Below, one piece after another: positions 40,887 through 51,662 of a stretch of 64,000 nt of DNA (position 1 is the first letter of the stretch; each line of letters opens with the position of its first letter). Position numbers and translations under genes: made by a program. The stretch is taken from contig JAKLDG010000001.1 in the NCBI GenBank assembly GCA_022703645.1, positions 669,254 through 733,253 of the forward strand, read 5' to 3'. The notes beneath the pieces are model-generated. The model made no database searches. It was given only the letters and a program-made list of their open reading frames with translations, and was not told where the DNA came from. The stretch comes from Patescibacteria group bacterium (lineage in GTDB: Bacteria > Patescibacteriota > JACPGU01).

Positions 40887-41132
40887 TTATTCTTTTTGTT
40901 TTGTTGATTCTTTGTTTTCTTGATAGTTTATCTTTGGTTTTCTAATCCATGCATAATAAATTAACAAAATAGCAACAATAAACTCAGTCAAAATCGAAAT
41001 CATTATGGGTGTAAAATTCCAATCTAAACCTAAAAACTGTATTGGAAGCATATTTGCGGCAATCAACCAAATTAAAAAGCACATTTTCGTAATAAGTGCC
41101 CCAACTAATACTTTCGCGATGTCTTTTAACAT
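40887..41132 (-). CDS. small 2-TM membrane protein, hypothetical
   Basis: ORF abutting gltX start; two hydrophobic helices. Confidence 0.3.
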   Translation of the reverse strand: MLKDIAKVLVGALITKMCFLIWLIAANMLPIQFLGLDWNFTPIMISILTEFIVAILLIYYAWIRKPKINYQENKESTKQKE

Positions 41133-41134
41133 AT

Positions 41135-42571
41135 TTATTTAATTATTACTAAACATTTCTTAAGCCGATTCAATGATAATTCTTTACCCAAAACCCAAAG
41201 AAGTTCCGTAGGAGATGGTGAAGCTGACTCAGCCGAAAGCGAAGCGCGGATGGGCCAAAAAACATCTCCATTTTTCAATCCATTTTCTGTAACCACACTC
41301 AGCAATACTTCGTTCAATTTTTCGATCGTATTCCAATCATCTAGATTCTCTAATTTTTCTATTGCTTTTTCAAATCCCAAAATAGTATTTTGCCAATCAC
41401 TTTTGGCAAATTTTATCATATCTTTTTTAGGTGGCTGCCATGTGAAAAAAAAGTGTGAGTAGACGTCAAAATCTTTCAATGTCACCATGCGCGTTTTAAC
41501 CACCGAAATCACTTTTTGTAGGAACTCATTGGCATATTTTGAAAAATCTATTTCTGAAAATGGTTTTATTTTTTTTAGCAATTCCACATCATTCATTTCG
41601 TGAATATAATGGGCATTGAAATGATTAAATTTTTCCATATCAAACATTGCTGGTGATTTTTGAACCCTTTTAATATTAAATTCTTTTTCTAATTCAGCCA
41701 GAGTAAAAAATTCTCTTTCTGTTCCCGGATTCCATCCAAGTAGCGCTATATAATTGATTATTGCCTCTACAAGATACCCCTGAGTACGAAATGCTTCGAC
41801 TGATACTGCACCATCGCGTTTACTGAGCTTCTTCTTTTTATCGCTTCCAAGAATTACTGAAAGGTGACCATATTTAGTTGGCTCCCATCCAAAACATTGA
41901 TATAAATATATATGTTTTGGGATCGAAGAAACCCATTCATCTCCGCGAATCACATGAGTAATTCCTGTCATATGGTCGTCAACCACAACAGCTAAATGAT
42001 ATGTAGGAAAACCATCGGCTTTTAATAAAACTTGATCATCGACAAGCGATAGATCAAATTCAATTTCCCCTCGAATCATATCACTAAGGACTATTTTACC
42101 AGTTTCCGGCATTTTTAGTCTAATAACATGCGACTCGCCATTTTTGATTTTCTCCAAAACTTCATCTGCATGTAAATCCCTGCACTTCCTATCATAACCA
42201 GTCGGCTGATGATTTTTTTCTTGTTCTTCACGAAGCTGCGAGAGTCTTTCTTCTGAGCAAAAACAAAAATAGGCATTTCCTTGTTCTACCAATTTCCGAG
42301 CATAATCTTTATATATTGAAAGACGTGAAGATTGCTTAATTACTTCGCCATCCCACTTTAGACCAAGAAAATTAAATGTGTCATATACAACTTGTTCTGC
42401 TCCTTCAACATATCTTTTTTGATCAGTATCCTCAATACGAAGATGAAATTCTCCTCCAACACTTTTTGCAAATAAATATTCAAATAAAAAAGTTCTAGCA
42501 TTCCCAACATGCATAAAGCCTGTAGGGCTAGGTGCCGCACGAGTACGAATTGTATTTCCAGAATTTTGCAT
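41135..42571 (-). CDS. gltX: glutamate--tRNA ligase
   Basis: RTRAAPSPTGFMHVGNARTFLF (HIGH region), KLSKR (KMSKS). Confidence 0.9.
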   Translation of the reverse strand: MQNSGNTIRTRAAPSPTGFMHVGNARTFLFEYLFAKSVGGEFHLRIEDTDQKRYVEGAEQVVYDTFNFLGLKWDGEVIKQSSRLSIYKDYARKLVEQGNAYFCFCSEERLSQLREEQEKNHQPTGYDRKCRDLHADEVLEKIKNGESHVIRLKMPETGKIVLSDMIRGEIEFDLSLVDDQVLLKADGFPTYHLAVVVDDHMTGITHVIRGDEWVSSIPKHIYLYQCFGWEPTKYGHLSVILGSDKKKKLSKRDGAVSVEAFRTQGYLVEAIINYIALLGWNPGTEREFFTLAELEKEFNIKRVQKSPAMFDMEKFNHFNAHYIHEMNDVELLKKIKPFSEIDFSKYANEFLQKVISVVKTRMVTLKDFDVYSHFFFTWQPPKKDMIKFAKSDWQNTILGFEKAIEKLENLDDWNTIEKLNEVLLSVVTENGLKNGDVFWPIRASLSAESASPSPTELLWVLGKELSLNRLKKCLVIIK

Positions 42572-42595
42572 ATATTCTATTTTAACACTTTTTTT

Positions 42596-42985
42596 CTAAT
42601 TATTAAAGTCTTCTATATGGTTAAGCTTATATTTATCACCACTCTCATCAAAAAGTATTTCCACCACATCTATCCTCAAAATATAGTCTTCCGGCACATC
42701 GTATTCATTTATAAAAAAATCTATGGCCATATTCATTTTTTCTAATTTTTGAAAATTAACAAATTCTTGCGGTTCACCAAAATAATTTCCAGTTCTTGTT
42801 TTAACTTCGACGAAAATAAGATTTTTTTCTTTTCGCGCGATGATATCAATTTCACCAAATTTACAGTTGTAGTTGCGCTTTAGTATATCATAGCCATGAT
42901 TTCGCAAATAGCCGCACGCAATACTTTCTCCTCGATCACCAAAAATTCTTTTTTGTGTTTTATTTTTTGATTTTTGAATTGTCAT
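42596..42985 (-). CDS. YraN-family (UPF0102) endonuclease-like protein
   Basis: GEIDIIARKEKNLIFVEVKTR core. Confidence 0.7.
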   Translation of the reverse strand: MTIQKSKNKTQKRIFGDRGESIACGYLRNHGYDILKRNYNCKFGEIDIIARKEKNLIFVEVKTRTGNYFGEPQEFVNFQKLEKMNMAIDFFINEYDVPEDYILRIDVVEILFDESGDKYKLNHIEDFNN

Positions 42986-43700
42986 TTTGATTTTTGATTT
43001 TTGAATTTTGAATTATTTGTGAAATTGGTTTAAATGACTTTCTATGTTCGGAGCAAATTCCATATTTTTTAATCATTGTTTGATGTTCTTTAGTCCCATA
43101 TCCTTTATGTTTATCGAATCCATAACACGGATATTTTTTTGCTAGCTCTTTCATATGTCTATCGCGTGAAACCTTAGCAATTATTGACGCTGCTGCAATT
43201 GTTAAAATCTTTCTATCACCTTTTATAACTTTGTCTTTTTTCAATCCTAACTTTTTGACGATAAAGCCATCACTCAAGACATAATCAGGCTTGGTTTTTA
43301 ATCCTTTGATTGCCCTCTTGAAAATCAAATTGTTTGCTTCAGACATCCCGAGCCTATCAATTTCTTTTGCACTGGCCCATCCCAAAGCAAAATCGATTCC
43401 CGAATCGGAGGTTAAAATCTCATAAAACTTTTCCCTTCTTTCTTCATCTAATTTTTTCGAATCTCTGATGCCAAGTTTTTTTAATTTTGTAAACTTATAA
43501 TCATTTCTTTCAATTATAACGGCTGCTGCAGTAATCGGTCCAGCCCAAGGACCACGTCCCACCTCATCAACACCGCAAACAAAAGAGAAACCCTTTTTAT
43601 TTAGGGTTTCCTCATGTCTAACAAAGTTTATCTTTTTTAATCCTTTTCCTTTTTTTGAAATAGATTTATTCAGTTTTTTCTTCAACATTGTTATTTTCAA
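42960..43700 (-). CDS. rnhB: ribonuclease HII with K-rich N- and C-terminal extensions
   Basis: FVCGVDEVGRGPWAGPITAAAV catalytic motif. Confidence 0.85.
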   Translation of the reverse strand: MKITMLKKKLNKSISKKGKGLKKINFVRHEETLNKKGFSFVCGVDEVGRGPWAGPITAAAVIIERNDYKFTKLKKLGIRDSKKLDEERREKFYEILTSDSGIDFALGWASAKEIDRLGMSEANNLIFKRAIKGLKTKPDYVLSDGFIVKKLGLKKDKVIKGDRKILTIAAASIIAKVSRDRHMKELAKKYPCYGFDKHKGYGTKEHQTMIKKYGICSEHRKSFKPISQIIQNSKIKNQNDNSKIKK

Positions 43701-44229
43701 CTACTGGTTCTTCGATAGGCGCTTCCACTTCTGCAATCTCTTCCACTTTTTGTTCAACTGCCTCATCACTAACCGCTTCATTATTTTCCTGTTCTTCAAC
43801 AACTGGTTGTGCTAAGTCTTCAGTGGTCTCCGCATTCTCAACCACTTCATCCTCTTTCAAACCAATTTCTTGCATCATCTTTCTTTGCTTTTCTTTGATC
43901 TTTGCAGCCTTACCAGTTAATTCCCGCATGAAAAATATTTTCTTACGTCTGACTTTTGAACTTCTTAAAACTTTTATACCCTCGATGTTTGGACTATTTA
44001 ATAAAAACTTTTTTTCAACTCCTACTCCGCTCGCAATTTTACGAACAGTAATAGAAGCAGTAATGCTATTACCGCCACTTCTTTCAATAACCATACCTTC
44101 AAATACCTGGGAACGAGTTTTTGCGCCTTCTCGGATTTTCTGAGAAACACGAACTACATCACCTGTTGTAACATCGGGAATGGATTTCTTAAGTGATTTT
44201 TTGTCTACTAATGCAATTGTTGGATTCAT
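43666..44229 (-). CDS. rplS: 50S ribosomal protein L19 with ~75-aa acidic C-terminal extension
   Basis: Conserved L19 core (DVTTGDVVRV...FEGMVIE...ITVRKIASGVGVEKKF); E/V-rich tail. Confidence 0.9.
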   Translation of the reverse strand: MNPTIALVDKKSLKKSIPDVTTGDVVRVSQKIREGAKTRSQVFEGMVIERSGGNSITASITVRKIASGVGVEKKFLLNSPNIEGIKVLRSSKVRRKKIFFMRELTGKAAKIKEKQRKMMQEIGLKEDEVVENAETTEDLAQPVVEEQENNEAVSDEAVEQKVEEIAEVEAPIEEPVVENNNVEEKTE

Positions 44230-44318
44230 TTTCTACCTCTTTTCAAAATTAATAAAATAGGGCTAAAAAACCAAGTACTTATAGATTTTAACACAGATTT
44301 GAGTTTTTTACAATATTT

Positions 44319-47300
44319 TTAACCTCTCACTTCAATTTTTGGCTCATAACCTAAAATCATAGTTAAAGTCCTCTTCATTGTTTCATCATTTCTGATTTTA
44401 AATGATGTAAGAATTTTGCGTTCTTTACCGTCAGCATCTTTGAGTACTAAAACTAATGGCGTACGTCCTTCATATTTATACAAAATCCTTTTAATGCGGT
44501 TAAATAATTCAATATCCACTATTGAATCAAAACTAATATAAAGTTTTTCGTTGGAATTAAAATTCTCGTCAGGAAATTGTTCTTCAACTTTTTCTGCGAC
44601 CTTCTCTGCAGGATGATTATTAGAATTATTCTCGTTCTTATTTTTCCAAAAGGCTGATCTATCGGGTGTCTGAGGAACTGGTTTTTCGTAATCGCTAATT
44701 AACTGCGAGTTAAATTCCTCATATTTATTTATCAAAATCTTAATAGCTCCATCTTTTGTCGAAACTTTTCCCATTACAACCAATATTTTACCTTCTGCCC
44801 AAAATCCAGGATTTTCACTATATACTTTTGGAAAAATTAGAAGCTCAGTCTGATTCATAAAATCTTCAAAAGTTACAAAAAGCATTGGTTCATTATTACG
44901 AGTTGTAATTTTCTGTATTTTTGCCGTAACACCAAGAAGACGAACATCTTTCCCTTCATCACTTTCTTTCAAATCCCCAATCGCGCGAAAAGTAGTACCG
45001 ATAAAACCTTTGTATTGAGATAAAGGATGCGAAGAAATATAAATTCCCAATAATTCTTTCTCCCAATCGAGTTTTTCTTTTTCCGTCGCAGCTGGCGCAT
45101 CGACTAATGTAATTTTATTTATTTCATTCACTCCCACAGAATTACCAAAAATATCAATCTGCATCGAATCTTTTTCTTTTCGTATATTTTGAGCAAACCC
45201 CAGTATATTATCAAGAGATTGAAGCATTTTGTTTCTTTCGCCAAATTGGTCTAATGCTCCACATTTGATAAGTGATTCTAAAGATTTTTTATTTATTTCA
45301 TTGCTCGCAGTTCTTTTTACAAAATCTTCGAGACTCGTAAACTTTCCGCCTTCCTTTCTCGCATTTTCTATTACCTCAATCGGACCTTCACCAACATTTT
45401 TTATAGCTGATAGCGCATAACGGATTTTCTTTTCATTAGGCACAACAGCAAATGTCATAAAGCTTTCATTTACATCCGGAGAACTGACTTCAATCCCCAT
45501 ACTTCGACATTCATCAATTTCCTTTGCTATTCGATCAAGATCGCTCTTATCTGAAGTCATAAGAGCCGCCATAAAAGCTTCCGGATAATGAGCTTTTAGA
45601 TACGCTGTTTGATAAGCAATCATTGCGTAGCAAGCAGCGTGTGATTTATTGAAACAATATTCGGCAAAAGCTTCCCAGGTTCTCCAAACGTTTTCGGCAA
45701 TTTCCTTTTCTATAGAATTTTTTACACAGCCATTTATAAATTCATCTTTCATTTTCGCCATGAGCGAAGCATTTTTTTTACCAATAGCTTTTCTGAGAGT
45801 GTCTGCTTGACCACCCGTGAGTCCTGCCATGTCTTTTGAAAGACGAATTACTTGCTCTTGATATATTGTAACCCCGTAAGTATCTTTGAGGGCTGCTTCC
45901 ATACTTGGATGTTCATATGTAATTTTTTCTTTTCCTTTTTTACGATTAATAAAAGATTCAATAAACTGCATTGGGCCCGGACGATACATGGCTACCATAG
46001 CGATGATATCTTCAAAAACAGTTGGTTTCAAATCTCTAATGTGTTTTTTCATTCCATCACTTTCCAGCTGAAATACACCTGTAGTTTCACCATTTTGTAA
46101 TAATCGGAATGTTTGTTCATCATTCATCGGAAGATTCCCAATGTCAATTTCTTCTCCGTGAACTTTACGAATTATGCGTAACGCATTTCCGATGATAGTT
46201 AAGTTAGCTAATCCTAGAAAATCCATTTTTAGAAGTCCAACATCTTCAAGATGATTCATTGTATACTGCGTAACTGCGGATATGTCTCCTTTTTGTGCTT
46301 TTTGAACCGGTGCATAATCAGTGACTGGATCACGCGAAATAACTACTCCCGCCGCATGCATAGAGGCATGACGCGCAACACCTTCCAATTTTAAAGTTAG
46401 ATCTAACATTTCATGAATCTTTGCATCATTTTTATATAGATCGCCTAATTCTTTTACGCTTTCAATTGAATCTTTGAGATTCATTTTTTCTGGAATCATT
46501 TTTGCAATTTTATCAACTTCGGTATAACTAAAACCAAGAACGCGTCCAACATCACGCACAGCCATTCGCGCTGCCATAGTACCAAAAGTAATTATTTGCG
46601 CAACATGGTCAGCGCCATATTTCTGGGTCACATATTCAATCACCTTTCCTCTTTTCTCATCTGCAAAGTCCATATCAATATCGGGAGCAGATATTCTATC
46701 TGGATTGAGGAATCTTTCAAAAAGCAGATCATAATCGAGCGGATTCAGATCTGTAATATTGAGCACGTAAGAAACTATCGCTCCGGCTGCAGACCCACGT
46801 CCTGGTCCTACCAAAACACCATTATTTTTTGCCCATTGAATGAAATCCGCAGTCACAAGAAAATATCCGGCATAACCTGAATTTTTTATAACACTTAATT
46901 CATAATCAAGTCTTTCGACTTTTTCTTTTTCAATTTTCTCTTCTAGCACTTTGCGGAGATTTTCATCACTAAGGTTTTTCCAGTTTTCTTTTTCTTTTGT
47001 AAATCTTTCTAACATTCCAATGTAACATTCTCTTTCCAAATAACTTTCAATTGTATAACCTTCGGGAATTGGAAAATTTGGCAAAAATAATTCTCCCATT
47101 TTTATTTCGAGATTGCACATATCTGCAATTTTTCGTGTATTATCAATAGCTTCGGGAATATATGAAAAATCTTCTCGCATAATACTTTCAGACGGCAGCG
47201 ATAGATCCGCGTCGATTTCCATTCGGGTTGGATCATCCATTGTTTTACCGGTTTGTAAACAAAGTAAAACTTCTTGGGCTTTGCGATCTTGCGGATTTAT

Positions 47301-47954
47301 ATAGTGAGAGTCTTTTGTAGCAATCAATCCAATACCTGTTTTCTTTGAAATTTCAATTAAACCTTCGTTAACTTTTTGTTGCTCTGTTAATGTAGGATGA
47401 TGCTGCAACTCCAAATAGAAATGATCTTTTCCGAAAATCTCTTCATATTCCAATGCAATTTTGGCCGCTCTTTCAGGATTTCCGGATAATATCGAACGTG
47501 GAACCTCACCACCCATGCACGCAGAAGACGCAATTAACCCTTCAGAGTATTTACGTAGTAATTGTTTATCAACTCTTGGCTTATAATAAAATCCATCCAT
47601 ATGCGCAATGGAAACTAATTTAATTAGATTTTTATAACCTTGCTCGTTTTTTGCTAATAATATTAAATGATAGATTTCATTATCTATCCCGGGTGTTTTG
47701 TCGAGATGACCTCTGGCAGCTACATATACTTCGCAACCTATAATCGGTTTAATACCCTTCTTTTTTGCGGTCTTATAAAATTCAATAACTCCATACATTG
47801 TGCCATGATCGGTAATAGCAAGAGCATCCATTCCATACTCGATTGCCTTATCCAATACATCCGGAATTTTACTCAAACCGTCAAGTAAGCTATAATGAGT
47901 ATGTAGGTGTAAGTGAATAAACCCTGATTTTTTAGTTATAATTTCTTCGCTCAT
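44319..47954 (-). CDS. dnaE: DNA polymerase III alpha subunit
   Basis: PHP domain HLHLHTHYSLLDG, polymerase core, OB fold; 1211 aa. Confidence 0.95.
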   Translation of the reverse strand: MSEEIITKKSGFIHLHLHTHYSLLDGLSKIPDVLDKAIEYGMDALAITDHGTMYGVIEFYKTAKKKGIKPIIGCEVYVAARGHLDKTPGIDNEIYHLILLAKNEQGYKNLIKLVSIAHMDGFYYKPRVDKQLLRKYSEGLIASSACMGGEVPRSILSGNPERAAKIALEYEEIFGKDHFYLELQHHPTLTEQQKVNEGLIEISKKTGIGLIATKDSHYINPQDRKAQEVLLCLQTGKTMDDPTRMEIDADLSLPSESIMREDFSYIPEAIDNTRKIADMCNLEIKMGELFLPNFPIPEGYTIESYLERECYIGMLERFTKEKENWKNLSDENLRKVLEEKIEKEKVERLDYELSVIKNSGYAGYFLVTADFIQWAKNNGVLVGPGRGSAAGAIVSYVLNITDLNPLDYDLLFERFLNPDRISAPDIDMDFADEKRGKVIEYVTQKYGADHVAQIITFGTMAARMAVRDVGRVLGFSYTEVDKIAKMIPEKMNLKDSIESVKELGDLYKNDAKIHEMLDLTLKLEGVARHASMHAAGVVISRDPVTDYAPVQKAQKGDISAVTQYTMNHLEDVGLLKMDFLGLANLTIIGNALRIIRKVHGEEIDIGNLPMNDEQTFRLLQNGETTGVFQLESDGMKKHIRDLKPTVFEDIIAMVAMYRPGPMQFIESFINRKKGKEKITYEHPSMEAALKDTYGVTIYQEQVIRLSKDMAGLTGGQADTLRKAIGKKNASLMAKMKDEFINGCVKNSIEKEIAENVWRTWEAFAEYCFNKSHAACYAMIAYQTAYLKAHYPEAFMAALMTSDKSDLDRIAKEIDECRSMGIEVSSPDVNESFMTFAVVPNEKKIRYALSAIKNVGEGPIEVIENARKEGGKFTSLEDFVKRTASNEINKKSLESLIKCGALDQFGERNKMLQSLDNILGFAQNIRKEKDSMQIDIFGNSVGVNEINKITLVDAPAATEKEKLDWEKELLGIYISSHPLSQYKGFIGTTFRAIGDLKESDEGKDVRLLGVTAKIQKITTRNNEPMLFVTFEDFMNQTELLIFPKVYSENPGFWAEGKILVVMGKVSTKDGAIKILINKYEEFNSQLISDYEKPVPQTPDRSAFWKNKNENNSNNHPAEKVAEKVEEQFPDENFNSNEKLYISFDSIVDIELFNRIKRILYKYEGRTPLVLVLKDADGKERKILTSFKIRNDETMKRTLTMILGYEPKIEVRG

Positions 47955-47988
47955 TTTTTTGTATTAAAAATATCAATGTCAAAAAACT

Positions 47989-49209
47989 ATGCTTTACGCA
48001 TTCATCTTGGGGAAAAACCCAACCCTATCAATCGCTGAAATCGTCTCTGTTTTAAAACGAGATCGTTTTGTTTTTGTTATCACCAGCATATCAACAAAAA
48101 CCCTTATAATCAAGATTGACAAAGAAATAGAAAATGTCCAAAATTTCTTAGATAAATTAGGCGGAACCGTAAAAATTGCGCGGGTATTTGGAACATCAAA
48201 AGAAAGTGAAATTGCTGGACCTATGATTGGTTATATATCAAATAGCTTTAAAGGGTCAAAATTTGCATATGGAATTTCATTTTATGGAATAAAAAATAAA
48301 AATATCGGATTTGAAATAAAAAAATACCTGAAAACGATCGGGATAAACTCTCGGTTTGTTTTGGGAAAAGAAGAGTCGCTCTCTGCGCCTGAAATAAAAA
48401 ATAATGGTATTATCGAAAAAGGCGCAGACTTTGTAGTTATCAGAAATGGTAAAGATATTTATGTGGGGAAAACTATCGCAATTCAAGATTATGAGTCATA
48501 CTCTCATCGCGATTATGACCGACCTCGCAGGAATGCAAAGTCAGGAATGTTGCCACCAAAGATAGCACAAATAATGATTAACCTTATTCCTTTAAAATCT
48601 AATCAAGCCAAAAGCTGCAAGCCAATTATTTATGATCCTTTTTGTGGTAATGGCACAATTCTACAGGAAGCTGCCTTAATGGGCTTTGAAATTCTGGGTT
48701 CAGATTTATCGAGAGATAGAATTTATGATACGCAACAAAACCTATGTTGGCTAAAGAAAGAATATAATTTAGATATTAATACAAAAGAATTGTTATTTCA
48801 GTCGGATGCACTTAAATTGAAAAAAGAAGACTTTCCAAAAACTCCTGATGCAATAGTTTCTGAAGTTTATCTCGGACCACCATTAACAGAAAGAGTGACA
48901 GAAAAGGAAATTTTCGTTATTACGAAAGAATTAGAAGATGAATATTTATCTTTTTTGAAAAATATTCATCTTATCAATATTTCATATCTTGTTCTGGCCT
49001 TACCTTTTTATATTTTAAGAAAAAAGCACTATCATCTAAACGTAATTGACGAAGCCAAAAAAATAGGCTATAATAGCTTAAGTCCTATACAAAATTTGGA
49101 TTTTGATTTAAATTTGCTACCGGAATATAACGGCAAAATAAATTCAATAATTTACTCAAGACCGGAACAAATTGTAGGACGTGAAATCATAGTTTTTGAA
49201 AGAAAATAA
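47989..49209 (+). CDS. putative RNA methyltransferase (UPF0020/Trm14-like class I MTase)
   Basis: SAM-binding motif I PIIYDPFCGNGTILQEAA; N-terminal domain of THUMP-like size. Confidence 0.45.
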   Translation: MLYAFILGKNPTLSIAEIVSVLKRDRFVFVITSISTKTLIIKIDKEIENVQNFLDKLGGTVKIARVFGTSKESEIAGPMIGYISNSFKGSKFAYGISFYGIKNKNIGFEIKKYLKTIGINSRFVLGKEESLSAPEIKNNGIIEKGADFVVIRNGKDIYVGKTIAIQDYESYSHRDYDRPRRNAKSGMLPPKIAQIMINLIPLKSNQAKSCKPIIYDPFCGNGTILQEAALMGFEILGSDLSRDRIYDTQQNLCWLKKEYNLDINTKELLFQSDALKLKKEDFPKTPDAIVSEVYLGPPLTERVTEKEIFVITKELEDEYLSFLKNIHLINISYLVLALPFYILRKKHYHLNVIDEAKKIGYNSLSPIQNLDFDLNLLPEYNGKINSIIYSRPEQIVGREIIVFERK

Positions 49210-49252
49210 TTAAAAGGAGAAACTTCACGAAATGTAAGTGAAGTTTAGACGT

Positions 49253-49531
49253 ATGGCACATAAGAAAGCACTCGGAAGCGCTAAGAAAAATAAAGATAGT
49301 ATTGCAAAACGCCTTGGCGTCAAAGTTTATGGTGGTCAAAGTGTAAAAAAAGGCGGAATAATTATCCGTCAACGTGGCACAAGATACAGAGCTGGAGACA
49401 ATACAGATTATGGAAAAGATTTTACAATATTTTCTAAGATAGATGGCGTAGTAGAATTTAAATTAAAAAAAGCAAAAGCCTTTACATCAAAGGTTAAACA
49501 ATATCAATTGGTAAATGTTCTGACTAAATAG
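49253..49531 (+). CDS. rpmA: 50S ribosomal protein L27
   Basis: [16 protein letters not shown]...IIIRQRGT; ORF track begins 15 nt earlier (49238) at a non-ATG codon. Confidence 0.85.
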   Translation: MAHKKALGSAKKNKDSIAKRLGVKVYGGQSVKKGGIIIRQRGTRYRAGDNTDYGKDFTIFSKIDGVVEFKLKKAKAFTSKVKQYQLVNVLTK

Positions 49532-50110
49532 TTATTCCTCTTTTACTGCCTTCTTAATCATCTCCACCATTTTTTCCATTAATTTATTATCCTCAGCGGT
49601 TTTTTCATTGTTTTTATTTTCTTTCTGTTTAATAAGATCAAAAATTATTTTTTGAACTTTCTCTGGTCGATGCACATCATCGAGAGTTAGTGAATTATCG
49701 CTAGCAGTTTTTATTAAAACATTTCCATATTTAAATAGAGATCCTGATACCCCAGTAATCTCCATTGTAACATCTTGAATTTTATTGAGAAAAGCTTCTT
49801 TCTGAGTTTTAGCAAAAAGCGTTTTTTGGTCAACATCAACGATTCTACGGTCTGTAATAATATAAACGTCTTTTTCCCATGTAAAGTAATGATAGAATAT
49901 CGATATAACACAGAAGAAAAAAACGAGAAAGGCGATAACAAACACAACCCAAATATTATATCTGAAATACATCGCCATTACTATAAAAGAGATCATCAAA
50001 AGCAACATTGTAATTGCATTTTCTTTAAACAGAACGAAAAGATGCCGGCGGATAATTTTTAAAACTTTTTCATCGTCTTCTTGATTGATAAACTTTTTTT
50101 TCTTTTCCAT
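49532..50110 (-). CDS. membrane protein with bacterial PH-like domain (bPH_2/DUF304, YdbS-like)
   Basis: Two N-terminal TM helices, then ...YIITDRRIVDV...GNVLIKTAS. Confidence 0.5.
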   Translation of the reverse strand: MEKKKKFINQEDDEKVLKIIRRHLFVLFKENAITMLLLMISFIVMAMYFRYNIWVVFVIAFLVFFFCVISIFYHYFTWEKDVYIITDRRIVDVDQKTLFAKTQKEAFLNKIQDVTMEITGVSGSLFKYGNVLIKTASDNSLTLDDVHRPEKVQKIIFDLIKQKENKNNEKTAEDNKLMEKMVEMIKKAVKEE

Positions 50111-50113
50111 ATT

Positions 50114-50803
50114 TTAGAAGTTAGTAATCTTTGCATAGCGGAAAGAAATGTTTTTGTCGTACGGAGCTAGTTCTATAACATCTTTTACGTCAACTTGAAA
50201 ATCTAATTTGCCAAAAGAATTTTTCTTTAGAATATCTAGGATGCCACCATTTCTATCAAGCGATTCCTTTAATGCGCCAGAATCTCCGACTATTTGAATT
50301 GTAAAAGGTAAATTAAACTTATTATTATCAAACTCCAGTTGTTTGCCATTTACAATAAATGAAGAACGGTTAAGAACTCTTTTCCCGCTTATTGCAATAG
50401 CCTGTGGCTTCGAGTTTCTGATACCATTTATTAAATCTACCATTTCTTCGGTTACAATATCCCCCTTAACTGTTATCTCCACTCCTCTTCCTTTTATTTT
50501 TTCCAAACCATTAAGCAGGCGATAATTTTGATTTTTTTCTTGAAGATCGGCCTTGGCTTTTTCTCTATCTTTTATATCAATTGAAAAACTATCGTTCTCC
50601 GCTTTTAGAGAGATAAGTTCATCTTGAAGATCGAAGATTTTGTTTGAGTTTTCTATAATTTCGTAAGAAAGTGCCATAACGTTTTCTTGTTTTGTCATGC
50701 CATTACTACTTTTTACTGCTCGAACTTGTTTGACAATTAAAACACCCAGCAGCAATGCTACTACAATCATTAACCATTGAATTTTATTTATTTTTTGCAC
50801 CAT
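50114..50803 (-). CDS. DUF881-family protein (YlxW-like), N-terminal TM
   Basis: GVEITVKGDIV...DLINGIRNSKPQAIAISGKRV block. Confidence 0.55.
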   Translation of the reverse strand: MVQKINKIQWLMIVVALLLGVLIVKQVRAVKSSNGMTKQENVMALSYEIIENSNKIFDLQDELISLKAENDSFSIDIKDREKAKADLQEKNQNYRLLNGLEKIKGRGVEITVKGDIVTEEMVDLINGIRNSKPQAIAISGKRVLNRSSFIVNGKQLEFDNNKFNLPFTIQIVGDSGALKESLDRNGGILDILKKNSFGKLDFQVDVKDVIELAPYDKNISFRYAKITNF

Positions 50804-50805
50804 AA

Positions 50806-51606
50806 TTAATTAATTTTTGGGATAGCACCTGAATATTTTTCAATTTTAATATCATTTTGCATTTGTAAATCAAAATTGATTTGTTTTTTATCGGCACGCT
50901 TTTTTATATCTATCAGTTTACGAGAATTATTTAATGTATCATAAAGATCCTTTTTATTTCCAATAGCTTTGATTGTAAAGGGTGGAACATAATTACCATC
51001 ATTGATCATTATTGTGCTGACAACGCAATCAATAGAAGTATCATAGATAATCCTTTCACCATTAATTGATATTCCTTCAGAGCCCGCATACCAAAGCAAA
51101 TTCACTATGTCGCGTAGGTCAGCAGCATGAGTCAGTGATTTACTAAAATCATCTTTAATTTGATTAGGACCATCTGAAATAGTGACTATCACACCTTCTC
51201 CATTTATTGAATTAGCGCCAAAAATCAATTCTTGTTCGTTAATACTATTAAAAAGAACTACTGTATTTTTATCTGACAAAGAATTTTGTTTATCATTTAT
51301 TTGTTTTTGTAGTTCTTTGACTTGTTTGCTAAGAGATTCCTTTTTCGTGCTATACTCATTTTTTACATCGGATAGTTGATTATAAAATGCAATTGGATTC
51401 AAAGGCCTGGAAGCTTGCGTTCTAAATTGTACTGTAATAAGTAAACCAATAAAAAGACCAAGCACAAGATAAAAATATGGCGAATACAAAGCCTTACGGA
51501 ACTTTCTTTCGATTTCCTCTTTCTTGATATCTTTTAAATTTATTTTTCTAATTTTACTAAAATCAATTTTTCTTACCATAGATATATTATAGATAAAAAA
51601 ACTCAT
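50806..51606 (-). CDS. DUF881-family protein, paralog of the preceding gene
   Basis: GEGVIVTISDGP...DLRDIVNLLWYAGSEGISINGERI block; 3-nt gap to neighbour. Confidence 0.55.
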   Translation of the reverse strand: MSFFIYNISMVRKIDFSKIRKINLKDIKKEEIERKFRKALYSPYFYLVLGLFIGLLITVQFRTQASRPLNPIAFYNQLSDVKNEYSTKKESLSKQVKELQKQINDKQNSLSDKNTVVLFNSINEQELIFGANSINGEGVIVTISDGPNQIKDDFSKSLTHAADLRDIVNLLWYAGSEGISINGERIIYDTSIDCVVSTIMINDGNYVPPFTIKAIGNKKDLYDTLNNSRKLIDIKKRADKKQINFDLQMQNDIKIEKYSGAIPKIN

Positions 51607-51662
51607 TTTTAAAAGGGTAAAAGTTTACTTTGAGCAAATAATAGGTTAAAATAGACAGTGTT

